Shown in pieces: positions 12,147-24,500 of a DNA stretch of 64,000 bases. Position 1 is the first letter of the stretch, and each line of letters begins with the position of its first letter. The DNA lies in the NCBI GenBank assembly GCA_903813345.2, contig CAIIXF020000001.1, positions 20,336,001 through 20,400,000 on the forward strand, read 5' to 3'. The notes below the pieces were generated by a model that was given only the letters and a program-made list of their open reading frames with translations, ran no database searches and had not been told where the DNA came from. A program made the translations under genes and the position numbers. Origin of the DNA: Owenia fusiformis. Taxonomy: Eukaryota.

Positions 12147-14236
12147 TTTTTTTTTATTTAAATCATGTATATATTTCTCATTTTATAACTTTGTATACAA
12201 GTACATCAGGTCATTTTACAATATTACAATATTTGTGAAAAATGATATAATTTCAATTCTTGAACATTATTACAATAGTTTACAAATATAACGTACCATA
12301 AGTTGTTTAACCATTCATTAAAATAAGTATAGTTAGTGTCTTGTACCTTATAGCCAAAGACAAGAGTTTTATACTTTTTCAAGCTTAATTCAATTTTAAA
12401 ATGATCTAAAATATAATTTTCAAGTTGGTCTATTACATTAAGTACTCTATGACATTGAAAGAACAAATGTTTATAGTCTTCTACTTGTCCGCAAATATCA
12501 CACTTGTCGTTAACACTTATTTTCCATCTTAGAAGTAATTGTTTGCATGGTAAAATATAATGTAAAAGTTTGTATTTAAAATTGGCCACTTTTTTATTTT
12601 TGGATTGCTTTAAAAGTATCCAAGTCTGTTGAAACAGCATTTGACTATTTTGAATTTCACAAAGATTAATCCAAAATGATTCCAAATATGTTTTAGTTGC
12701 TATATGTTCCAACAGGATTGAATATATGTCTCTAGAACTTGCATGTTTATCCAAAAATCTATAATGCTTCAATTTACTGTCATAAAATCTTAAACTTACA
12801 TTTGTATTAACATATGTACATCTGCTTGCCTCACTAAATATTTTAACTCTATATTGAAATGGCAAAGATTGCTTAACAGTTATATATTCTGCCATCCAAT
12901 TGACCCTAGATTTAAGCTTATGAAGAATTTCATCTTGGGTACACATAAGATCATTAACATATAATATATTTGAATTTATCCAGTTTTCAAAATACAAACA
13001 CTTGTTATTGAAAGTTATGTCTTTATTGTGCCATATCACCATTTGTCTAATTTCTGCAAATGTTATGTTATCAATTTTGGATTCTGAGCCTCCAAGAATA
13101 CTCCAAGCATGGAGTAAATCTTTGTAAAATTGAGGCAAGATATTAAAATTACAAATATTCTCTGGTTTTCCATAAGTAGATTTAAATATCAAAGTATCTG
13201 GGAGTCCAGTTTTACTTAATATCTCTCTTGCTAGAATATTCCAACTTGCATGTTTATTCCCATACTCAATGTCTAATATCCATTTAATTTTAAAGGCCCT
13301 GAATTTAGATTTTAAGTCAGGCATTGAAAGTCCACCTTTAGACAAAGTATTAATTAAGACAGATCTTTTAATTTTATCTCTTTTTCCATCCCACAAAAAT
13401 GAATAAAGTTCTGAAGTAATTTCTTTCAAAAAAGTTTCATTTGGTGTGTCAATGCTTTTTGCTAAATACATCAGTTTAGATAATGCAAGTGTTTTAATGA
13501 TAACTATTTTCCCATAAAGAGTAATCTTGCGTTTTTTCCACAAAGACAATGACTTTCTCATTTTATCTGCTATACTATTCCAATTAAGATCATGCAATTT
13601 AGTTTGATCTATTCCAAAGTAGACACCTAATGATTTTACTTCCTGTTTCCAGGAAATATTACAAAAAGTAGTATTATTATCATTTTTAAAGTTACCAAGT
13701 TTTATACCTTCTGTTTTTTCTAAGTTAAGCTCTAAACCAGAAACAGTTCCGAAACGCTGTATTTCTTTAATAGCTATATTAATAGAGTTTTTTCCATGAA
13801 CAAAGAGAGTGGTGTCATCTGCAAGTTGACATATTTTGACTTCTTTGTTTCTTACTTTAATACCTTTGATTCTAGAATTATTTCTAATATTGATTGCCAT
13901 TGTTTCTGCTGCAATGAGATAAATCAAAGCAGAAATGGGACATCCCTGCCGAATGCCCCGAGATACATCAAAATATGGTGATAAGTAACCATTATTAGCT
14001 ACACAGCTTTGTATTCCATTATACAAGGTTTTAATCCACTGGATAAAATTAGTGCCAAAATTAAATTTCTTTAAAGCTTCTAGAGTGAAGTCAATTTCCA
14101 AACAATCAAAACATTTTGAAAAATCTGCAAAAATAATAGCAGAATCTAATGTTTTTCTATATTTATTAGCATAATTGATAACGTCATTTATTAGCCTTAT
14201 ATTATATCCAATAAATCTTCCTTTAATATAGCATAC
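12147..14236 (-). mobile_element. 5'-truncated Tx1/L1-group non-LTR retrotransposon (2090 bp)
   Basis: Perfect 14-bp TSD AAATAAACACTATC (12133-12146, 14237-14250); T9 at 12147-12155 is the poly(A) tail, overlapping AATAAA on the minus strand; RT ORF inside. Confidence 0.95.
12224..14230 (-). CDS. LINE ORF2 fragment: reverse transcriptase plus C-terminal CCHC zinc motif (endonuclease lost to truncation)
   Basis: The frame stays open upstream of the listed start (YIKGRFIGYNIRLI...ADFSKCFD). Motifs RGIRQGCPISALIY, QLADDTT, LGVYFG and CDICGQVEDYKHLFFQC. Confidence 0.9.
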   Translation of the reverse strand, partial: YIKGRFIGYNIRLINDVINYANKYRKTLDSAIIFADFSKCFDCLEIDFTLEALKKFNFGTNFIQWIKTLYNGIQSCVANNGYLSPYFDVSRGIRQGCPISALIYLIAAETMAINIRNNSRIKGIKVRNKEVKICQLADDTTLFVHGKNSINIAIKEIQRFGTVSGLELNLEKTEGIKLGNFKNDNNTTFCNISWKQEVKSLGVYFGIDQTKLHDLNWNSIADKMRKSLSLWKKRKITLYGKIVIIKTLALSKLMYLAKSIDTPNETFLKEITSELYSFLWDGKRDKIKRSVLINTLSKGGLSMPDLKSKFRAFKIKWILDIEYGNKHASWNILAREILSKTGLPDTLIFKSTYGKPENICNFNILPQFYKDLLHAWSILGGSESKIDNITFAEIRQMVIWHNKDITFNNKCLYFENWINSNILYVNDLMCTQDEILHKLKSRVNWMAEYITVKQSLPFQYRVKIFSEASRCTYVNTNVSLRFYDSKLKHYRFLDKHASSRDIYSILLEHIATKTYLESFWINLCEIQNSQMLFQQTWILLKQSKNKKVANFKYKLLHYILPCKQLLLRWKISVNDKCDICGQVEDYKHLFFQCHRVLNVIDQLENYILDHFKIELSLKKYKTLVFGYKVQDTNYTYFNEWLNNLWYVIFVNYCNNVQELKLYHFSQIL

Positions 14237-16958
14237 AAATAAACACTATCGTACTCTTCACCAGCTGTGGCCTCAGTTCAGAAGAGTTCGCCTCCAGCAG
14301 CCGTTTAATATTCACAGATTGCTCAGAAGTCTTTCAATTGGTGGCACCACAAATTCAATTTAGACTTCAATTATCATATATTTCCTTATCTCACGTCTGC
14401 TCAACGTTAATTTTAGATGTTTATTACGCGGAGGGCTATGATATCACCATATGGGACAGATCTCCAGATGATGATGTGGAAGCAGAGAACGATGCCGCAT
14501 CTCCCACAGGATCACGCATTCGGACAAGCATCACAGAGCGCCAGATGGGATCAGTTATACAATACGTGATATGCCTGAGCTCAACTGAAGGATGGAACTG
14601 ATTGACGATTAATTCTGTCAAACTATAACTGGATAGTACCTCCTGCTGACGGAACACAAAAAGATGTAAGTATTATTATTAAAATACATACTAATAGCAA
14701 TGGATTTGGAAAGCATGTACACACATTACATATATCGACTAAAAGTATTAAGACCGTATAATTTATTTATATTTGAATCGACCTGTAATAATCGAACTCT
14801 GTGGGATGCTTCGTTTTTTCTACATTTATTATTGTATGGCATATTGCAACGTGACTACACCTGAAGAACTTGTCGTCCTTTAATCAGTCGTATGTTAAGT
14901 CTGCATTACTGACGGGGAAGACTCATTGGAAATATTATCGGATACATTCATATCATTAACACCCTCTAATAGGCAAACCCTAATGTTCTTCTAAAGGATC
15001 TACTTCCTCAGAATAATTATATCTGTGTAATCGTAGGTATTGTTTCATCGGTTGAATTCCCGTGTACATCCATATGGGTGACCCTAGGTTATTTTCTTCG
15101 TCCAATACTGACTTGACCTATTGGTTACTATATGGCAATACTAGCACTAAACCGGATAATATCTTCAGGGGACAGTATTTGCGTTGACACAGGGACCCTG
15201 GTTGAAATTATTGACTTTCACTAAAATAATACCTTTTGGGATTTTATTGAATGAAGTGTATTTTTTATCACGATAGGTTATTGTTTTACGGAGCAGTTGT
15301 ATTGGTAATTATCACCTTTAAACCCCAACGGCAGTCCTCGCTGTTCTATTAATGATTTAAGCCTATCGTGACCGTATGTTTTTTGAGACAGTGGCACCAT
15401 TGGGATTGAATTTGCACAACGGCAACTTATTGACTTTCTTCGATATTCTGTTCCATAAAAGATGCAATTAACAATAGCCTTTAAACTGACACTGTAGGTC
15501 CCAAAATAGAACACAATAAATCAACTGTCAAAATTGAGGAAATTGGTCGCCTGGAAATCATCATTGACGACGCTTTATGTGCAATGTAATATATTGCCGT
15601 TCTTAAAGAAATCAGTAGTGATAGCTTGTAGTCGGCTAACATTTCGTGTCCAACATGATAAAAAATCACCCCTGGTTCGTGATCGCCACTGTGTAATGAC
15701 AATATAGATTTAATCTGGGATGAAGAAAATACTTCGTCCTAGACCTAGCACAGTATCTCATGTGTTTCAATGCATAGAAGCTTAATATTCAGGATTTTGT
15801 TGTGATAAAAAGCCAGTAAAAGTGATGCATCCCCAGAGACCCGTGTTCGTTCGAACAATCGATAACTGCATTGCCAATGTAACCCCGTGGGTGCGTCACA
15901 ATAGTATAAATGATTGCTTTATGCTAATTACATGACCTGCAAGGGACCTTCTTAGGCCATTATCTATCAGCACAAACGAGGCTAATTGTCTAGCATAAGC
16001 ATGATTGGAATCGAAAGTTAATCAATTAAGCGCAGAACCTTATAACAAAAACTTGAAGAATGCTACTATTACATCGCCGTGTATAAGTCTTTCACATCTT
16101 GATTTGTCTTGAGATTTTCACGAAAAAGACAAGGGGTTGGAATTAGTTTCAACAAAATTAGAATTACAAATCAAGAGTGCACATACATATGTCATGCCTT
16201 ATTTGTTTTTGTTTAAGTTAACCATTTTTTATTCAATTACAGAAAAACACACCATAGTAAAATGTGATTGGACATCGTATAGTTACATCATATTCGTTAT
16301 CAAGGTGATATCTAATGCATCAAATAATATGATGTTGTTTGTTGAGTCTATACATACATTATACTTTTAGTATTGATACAGAATATATTCTTCAGTACCA
16401 TTTTGCTACCTTAGTAGTTTAATATTAAAGGATATGTGGCTCAAGGTACTATTTCGGCAGATTTTATTTATTTTGACGAACTTTTAACTTTATTGTGTCA
16501 TAATCTTTTAACCTCTACAAGTAGGTCTATTTGATAACACGGTTTACATATGGCCTAAAATAATGTTTTCCTTTTCAACTTTTAATTTAAAGGGGCAACA
16601 AGGACTGTAGAGAGAAAATTTGAATTTTCTTATTTTTTCTGAGCTATCAGGTCAATATTTGGCTAATCTTCTTTGACATACCTATTTTCTTAAAATGTCT
16701 GGATAAATTCTCAATTTCAGCATTAAGAAGTGTAAATTCAGTTCAAAGCTTCTATAAAGGGAGTCCCACTTATAGATTTTTAATATTCACCACGTTTCAT
16801 GAGGAATATCAGCTGAAGTTATGTTCATGTAGCTGGATTAGCTGTTATACTAAAAACATGAGCTGACTACCTGCAAGACGCTGCTCTATAGTTTGCAGCA
16901 AATTATGAGCAGACCGTCATTTGTTTGAATAGGAGTAGCGGGCGGGAGAGGAGATATC

Positions 16959-17035
16959 ATGTCCAAACCTCATTCCTACCATGAAATGTAGAGAGCATGT
17001 CCAAACCTCATTTCTACCATGAAATGTAGAGAGCA
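16959..17035. repeat. Local ~37-bp tandem duplication
   Basis: CATGTCCAAACCTCATT(C/T)CTACCATGAAATGTAGAGAG occurs twice in tandem with a small indel. Confidence 0.8.
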
Positions 17036-17311
17036 AAGTACATTGCTAATGGACTTCTCCTTTAATCAAACAATTGAAAAGAATTCCTAAAGTTATATCG
17101 AATCAGGGACCCAACAGTCCACGTGCAATGAACACTGTGTGTATATGATGTCGAATATCATGTAGGGATCGTATATAATATATGTGTGTTTACCTGGATA
17201 CAAAGTTGCTACCTTGGGCTCATAGTCTGTTTTAAACTACTAAGACGAAGCGAAGTCATAGGAATGGAAAGGGTACCAAGTTGTTACTACAGCGCATGGA
17301 TCTATCCTAGC

Positions 17312-17385
17312 TTAGTTAGGTAACTCATGCGGTTGAGCATCATTACTTGGATCTAAGGGTCTTAGGTTCGATTCCAACACAGTTC
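17312..17385 (+). mobile_element. Degenerate tRNA-derived SINE head or tRNA pseudogene
   Basis: A-box-like TAACTCATGCGGTTGAGC and B-box GGTTCGATTCC (17365-17375) at tRNA-like spacing; acceptor stem does not pair convincingly. Confidence 0.4.
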
Positions 17386-20300
17386 GTTGAATTAAGCACA
17401 CTGCCATATCTGTATCTTGCTTGTTGCACTACGGTCAGCATTGGTCATTCGGGAGCATTGGTACTCTATGCTAATTCCTTTTAAAACAAAGACTTAGACC
17501 ATGATGAAATGATCAAGACAACTTGGCGGTGATATTGTTTAGCTATTGACTCCTCCATAGCCTCCTGTTTTCTTCTCTCATAGAAAATCAATATAATATA
17601 ATATATTTACGGGTTCTAAGCGCAGAAAGTCCAATCTTCTTGCTTAAAGTGTTGCAATTCTTCACTAACCCGAGGGTATACTTGCTATTTAGTGATGTGA
17701 AAATCTAGACAGCTTAAAACTAGACAATAAGTGATTCCCTTCGAAAGGTAATATATATCTTAGAGATTATCTACTTGATAGTGTGCATATTTTTGAGTTA
17801 TAAGGTTTGTTAATGATCTCCAAAAGCCGTTCTGTATTTTCTCTAACAGAAACGGTGTTAAAGGGGCAGCAAAGACTAGCGAGTGTAAAATGTTGGACGC
17901 CATTCTTCCAAAATTGCAAGTTGCAATGTTTCCCTTACTATCCTAATCGTTTGCTCTAAGTTAGGAAAAATTGTAACAAGCAGATAATGCATGTTACAAA
18001 AAACATCAATGATGGCCAATGATAGAAAACATATTTTTGATATCACGAGTGAGAAAGTTCCATTCTAATCACAGGCAAGCAGCAAATTAAGCTGGATTTA
18101 GAACAAGTCATCTGCGCATCTATATTGTTATGCACAAGGGGCAAGGGACAAAAACGACACGAGCCTTATAAATCCCACATAGTAAACCAATAATAGTATA
18201 AAGAACGTCACCAAGAATTGAATTACAGCCGAAATGACAAGTCACTTATTATATATAGACCGGTCTCGTGTGTCTGCTGAAAGAAGTGTCACTTTGGTTT
18301 GGATAATTGAAGAGATGTCGTGTAATGAGATTGCAGCCTTTGGTAAAGATTTGCCTAAATTGCATTTGCAAATGTGGGTATTTATATGTGATTTGATTAT
18401 GGGGCTCCAGCACTGCAGTAACATTCTAATTCGCAGTATGTGTGTGATGCGATTATATATCGCAGCTGATGTCCCCTTTTAGCTTCAAACAGTTTTATAT
18501 CTTCTCTCATGTTCTTGGTATATTAGGTTTTTGAAGTTATACCAAAGGTCACCAAATGTGGACTTCATCTTTTCTTTCATCTTCATCTTTTGACAGTCGA
18601 ATTAAATCTTGATAAATGTAAATGTACTTCACAGAAAAATTAACACAAATAACATGTATGTAATAACAAAATTAAATGAAAGTGTCTAAAATGTTAATTT
18701 TTCAAACTAGCTTATCACGCAATGGAATCCTATATATAAGTATGATGATGCCCCCACATCCTAAAAAGTAATTTACAATGTGCAATGTGCCTGAAGTGAA
18801 CCTATCAATCCCAGTCTTATACTCGGTGACTTGATGGAAAAATAACGCTCAAAGAAACGAAGAAAATCACGCAATTCACAGATCCAATAAATCACGGTTT
18901 AAAAGACCTTCTGATGAGGTCTTTGCGATGAGAAAATTAAATGCGTAGATAATATATAACCTGCACACACTGCTTCAAGCAGCAATAAGGAAATAATGTC
19001 CACTTGGTTATGTTATTACAGAGGAGAAAATCGCACTCTTTGGATCTACAGTTAATATACAGTAGTTTTGTGTTTCAGACAGACTAATGATGAATGGTCG
19101 TTAAATGGAGCACTTCTAAAGACACGATGCCATTGTTGAGGTGTTACATGTGTGGCTACAATGATCACAAGTATTCCGACTGGACATATCTTGACGCAAT
19201 GCTACCATCAGATGGATTAAATTGCCACTCACTACTCTGCAAAGCTCAATGATAGATGGTTTGTTCCAACAACATTGGACAGAGGTAAGAATGATTGGCG
19301 ATATCTTTAAACAGTTTATAGGCTTTTACATTAGACGGGGATTTTACATTGACAGTTCCATCACAGACGATCTTGTATATTGTCTCTTTTGATATCGACA
19401 GAACTGATGAGTCTGGTGATGCACCGTAACGAACAAATTCTAGCCAGCTAGTTCCAATATTGATTCTATATAAATTAGTTTTCGCAATCACTGGTTTTGT
19501 AATTTGAATTGGACAGTGTGCAGGAAGATTGTCTATGGTAGCAGGCAGTGACATATTGCTGTTCATTTAATGTTCTACTTTGGCATGACGGCCAGATGCG
19601 CAAAAGTATTCAATGAATAATGCAGACCGAAAGCCATATCCAATATATTTCCCCTAAGACCAGATCCCAACTAATATTGATGTTCTATTTTCCCCATAAT
19701 ATAAGACCTATTAAATTATTCGAACATAGCCTCGATTGCATTATTTTGGACCGTCTGGAGAAGTAATTTATCTTATTGTAGAGTCAGGGTGAATATGTTA
19801 ATATACCATCTGCGTCATCGTTTAACCATTGATTCAAGGATTTAGGCTGGCGGAAACTATGCGATTGAAGTAGAAACATTGAGGATGAAGAAATGAGTTT
19901 CATCCTTGAGATGACACGTTCAGTTTCGTGCAAGGAAGAATATACCTCAAATAATGTCTTAATTAACAATGCGTTTATTGCATTTTTCTTATCAATTGCG
20001 ATATTTACATGAAAATATAGTTAATATTTAATCAAATCGCATTACTCTTCTTTTACTTTCAGAATGCTAGTCGGGAAGGAAAACTGACACGAGATAACCA
20101 TTGTTTGCATATGGTGGCATGGGGTAGACGAATTACGTTGATGATCAATTTGTGGCGGACTGGACAGTGATTATGAAGGATATGGATGAAAGGAGATGAC
20201 AGTGTGGGTACCAGGAATGAGTTTCTGGTTCAGACATTTAGACTAACTTATATGGCAAACAGATAGGCCTGTGTTTTATCAATGACAAAAATGGACCTGT

Positions 20301-21559
20301 GACGAATTTAGAAAAAAAAACTTTCTTTTATTTAACTTATGGTAGACTTTAAAGCTTTGGACGATATATGTTAAATTAGGGCTTTGTTTTATACACACTC
20401 TTCCGTAAATTCATGATCATGTGGATGCGATCATCCAAATTTTGACCAAATGTGTGTTCCCATACTTTTTTCCAATTACAGATGTCTGAATGAAACTAGA
20501 CTTTTCACTAGTATTCACTGTTTGGCCTTGGTGTAGCTCAACAATTAAGGCACGCGGTGAATGCCAGGGGGAGGTCCCATTCGTCAAACAACTACGACGA
20601 CGTCAGCTGTTCATTTATAGTAACACATTCGCGCATGCGTAATGGACAGTATGTTACAATCCCACCCACAACAAATTGTCTGACCTCCAAATTAACATCA
20701 GTTCTGGGTGAATTAGTTTTATACGTAGTTAGTATAAGTTACTATATAGTTAACCATCATGTTGCCTTTAGAGTTGTTTGACAGACATATCAGAAAGATA
20801 TCACAACCTGCCTTGACGTTTATATCAACGGCATTCCTATGTGCATTTGTCCTCTAGAATGTATTCAATGTGTTATTAAGTGTGTAACTTCATTTAACGA
20901 TGTGTTACTGTCTTGCAATTATATTCAAAATTTAAAGGTACACTGTAGTTCTACATTTTCAGTTGAGAGACGTGATGAATGATAAAAACTAATACTTTAG
21001 TCAGTTCTATCAGACTATGTGTGATTAGACATTAATCTCTAATAGAAACTATACTAACAAAATTGTTAGGTTTTATTAATAAATTATTTTATTTCTCTAT
21101 TTTAGACTTTGTTTTAATTTAGTTGAAACTGTGTGCTATCAACCGCCATCTTTACACGTAATTAGATTAGTTGTTCCCCGTATTTAGTCTTGCGTCAAGT
21201 TTCTGAGACAACCTACCACCATACAGACTTCACAAATGTGTGTCATGGGGTGTTGGGAGTCGCAGGGGCATGAATCAAAGCTATATTTTATCCTACCTCA
21301 GCCAAAACACTTTCTTATTCCTTAACCATATTTTCATCATTTGGTATCTGCAGAACTTTTATTAATGAGCACTTTACCCTCTTTTGTATGTGCATGTGAT
21401 ATGAAACAAACACCATATAGGGAGGGAATTAGTTGTGCAGTAAATGTTGCATATTAAACCGAATTGAATTTTCCGGTCATTTAGTGTGAAACTACTAAGA
21501 TTCTCTCTGCTCTTGAATCTTACGGCCTGGGCATTCATTCTCATTATATATTTCCATCT

Positions 21560-24500
21560 CGGAAGTCTACTTTGCTGACATCTATTAATGCCTATTTACT
21601 TTCATGTTTGACTGATCCTTCTACGTATCAATCTTTATTTATTCTACTATCCATCTCTGTTCATATCCGCCCACCTACCTACCTAGCTATTTATAGCTAT
21701 CTATCTTTCAGTGTACCCTGTATATCTACCTATCTCTCAATTTATATATTATATATATATATATTGAACTATATTTCACTCTGACTATTCTTTCTATTCC
21801 TTATCTACTCTACTTTCTTTCTTTTCTATTCTTTCTATCAACCTCTCTCGTCAGTCTACTCTCTCTGTTTATCCTCCTATCTACTTCTGTCTCTGAAATC
21901 TTACTCACTTACTTATTTAATATATCAAGCTATTCTTCTCTGTATATCCCTTTATCTATATATATTTCTATCTGTCTATTCCTCGATTCAATTTTTCCTA
22001 TGTCTGTCTTTCTGTATCCCTTCACCTCTACTATAGTATATCATTCTTTCGATCTATCAACCCTTCTTCTTATCTTTATAATAAGTTTATTCTTCTCTCT
22101 CCCCTGTGTCCATTGTCTATCTGTATCTCTCTATTTATACATCCAAATTACTTTCTATAATCTAATTTACAATCCATAATCTATGTCTTTAAAAGTCCTT
22201 CTTTCTCAACATTAGGCCAGACATATATAGTACATCTATCTATCTACTAATATATTTCTATTTATATGTTCAACTATCATATTTTCTTTATATTTGTCTA
22301 TCCTTCTAAACATCTCTCCATCTACAACTTTCTGACTTTCTGTCTGTCTTTCTCAATATCTAAAACTTTTTATATTCACATATACTTGTTACTAACCATT
22401 AGGCTATCCTGCTATACATCTATCTATTCGTCTATCCTTCTAAACAGCTTTCCATCGCGTACTTCCTGTCTCTCTGTCTGTCCTTCATGATATATATTTC
22501 ATGTATTTATTCCTTTGTATATTCACCTACACTTGTTTCTATCTATTCGTCTATCCTTCTAAACATCTTTCCATCTACTACTTTCTGTCTCTCTGTCTGC
22601 CCTTCTTAATATCCATCTATTTCTTTATATATTCATCTACACTTGTTTCTATCTATTCGTCTATCCTTCTAAACATCTTTCCATCTACTACTTTCTGTCT
22701 CTCTGTCTGCCCTTCTTAATATCCATCTATTCCTTTATCTATTCACCTACACTTGTTTCTATCTATTCGTCTATCCTTCTCAACATCTTTTCATCTACTA
22801 CTTTTGTCTCTCTGTCTGACCTTCTTAATATCTATATATTCCTTTATATATCCGTTTTTAGTTGTTTCTATCCATTTGGGCTATCCTGCTATACATCTAT
22901 CTATTTACTAGTCTCTTTATTCATTCAAGTATCCCACTTTCTGCCTTCCCTTCTATTCGTCTAATATATATTACGTTATCACGTCACCTATATACTTGTT
23001 TCTATCCTCGTCTATCGTCTATCCGTTTAAACTTTTCTACTACTTCCTGTCGCTATGTCTATCCCTCTTAATATCTAATCCTTTATATAACCAACTGCAC
23101 TTGTTTCTATCTATTTGTCTATCCTTCTACCATCTACTACTTTCTGTCTCTCTGTCTGTCCTTCTTAATATCCATCTATTTCTTTATATATTCACCTACA
23201 CTTGTTTTTATCTATTCGTCTAGCCTTCTGAACATCTTTCCATCTACTACTTTCTGTCTCTCTCTGACCTTAACACCCATCTATTTCTTTATACATTCAC
23301 CTACACTTCTTTCTATCTATTCTTCTATCCTTCTGAGCATCTTTCCATCTTCTGCTTTCTGTCTCTCTCTGACCTTAACACCAATCTATTTCTTTATATA
23401 TTCACCTATACAGACATCTACATGTATATATCTATCTAACCATTTATCTTTCTATTTATATGTTCAACTGTCATCCTTTTTTCATACTTGTCTATCCTTC
23501 TAAACATCTTTCCATCGACTACTTCCTGTCTCTCTCTCTCTGTCTGTCCTTCATGGTATGTATCTATTCTTTTATCTATTCACCTACACTTGTTTCTATC
23601 TATTTGTCTATCTTTCTAAACACCTTTCCATCTACTATTGCCTCTCTGTGTCTATCCTTCTTAATATCTATCTATTCCTTTATATAATATAATTGCTTCT
23701 ATCTATTCGCCTATCCTTCTAAATATCTTTCCACCTTCTACTGTCTCTGTCCTTCTTACTATCTATATATTCCTTTATGTATTCACCGTCACTTGTTTCT
23801 ATCTATTTGTCTATCCTTCTAAACATCTTTCCATCTACTTTCTGTCTCTCTGTCTATCCTTCTACCATCTACTACTTTCTGTCTCTCTGTCTGCCCTTCT
23901 TAATATCCATCTTTTTCTTTATATATTCACCTACACCTGTTTCTATCTATTAAGGTATCCTGTTAAACTAGTACATCTATCTATATTGAGTAGTCTATCC
24001 ATTCATTCAACTATCTTTCCTTCTGCCTAGTTGTCTATCCTTCGTAATATCTATATATTCCTTTATATACTCGCCTATACTTGTTTCTATCTATTATTAG
24101 GCTACCTATCCTTCTAAACCATCTTTCCCTTTTCTACTTTCTGTCTCTGTCTGACCTTAATATCCATTTATCTATTCCTCTATATATTCACGTATATAGA
24201 CATTTATATCCATTTATCCACTTATCTTTCTATTCAACTGGCATCTTTTCTTCATACTTGTTTATCCTTCTAAACATCTTCCATCTACTAGTTTCTGTCT
24301 CTCTGTCTTTCCTTCTTAATATCTATCTATAGCATGTATATTCACCTACAATTTTTTCTATATATCTTATCCTTCTAAACATCTTTCCATCTACTACTTT
24401 CTGCCTCTCTGTCTGTCTATCCTTCTTAATATCTATCTATTCCTTTGTATATTCACCTACACTTGTTTCTATCTATTCGTCTATCCTTCTAAACAGCTTT

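Larger units (their letters stand above)
10851..20220 (+). pseudogene. Decayed spliced gene for a putatively secreted protein; tentative actinoporin-like fold
   Basis: Exons 10851-10987, 14417-14665 and 20063-~20220 with GT/AG sites; the first junction is phase-compatible (C|AT). Reconstruction: MVVLISKTIPSAFVTI/SIIGMAIGYGISRGIAAVGSLANWTEDHLHVYYAEGYDITIWDRSP...GSVIQYVICL/...LKDGTD*RLILSNYNWIVPPADGTQKD. It needs at least two frameshifts and contains a stop. Confidence 0.35.

Noticed and set aside
12224-14101. Retron, group II intron or other bacterial RT system
   Set aside because: TSD, poly(A), 5' truncation and the CCHC motif identify an ordinary non-LTR retrotransposon.
17312-17385. Functional tRNA gene
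   Set aside because: Only A/B-box-like motifs are present; no convincing cloverleaf.
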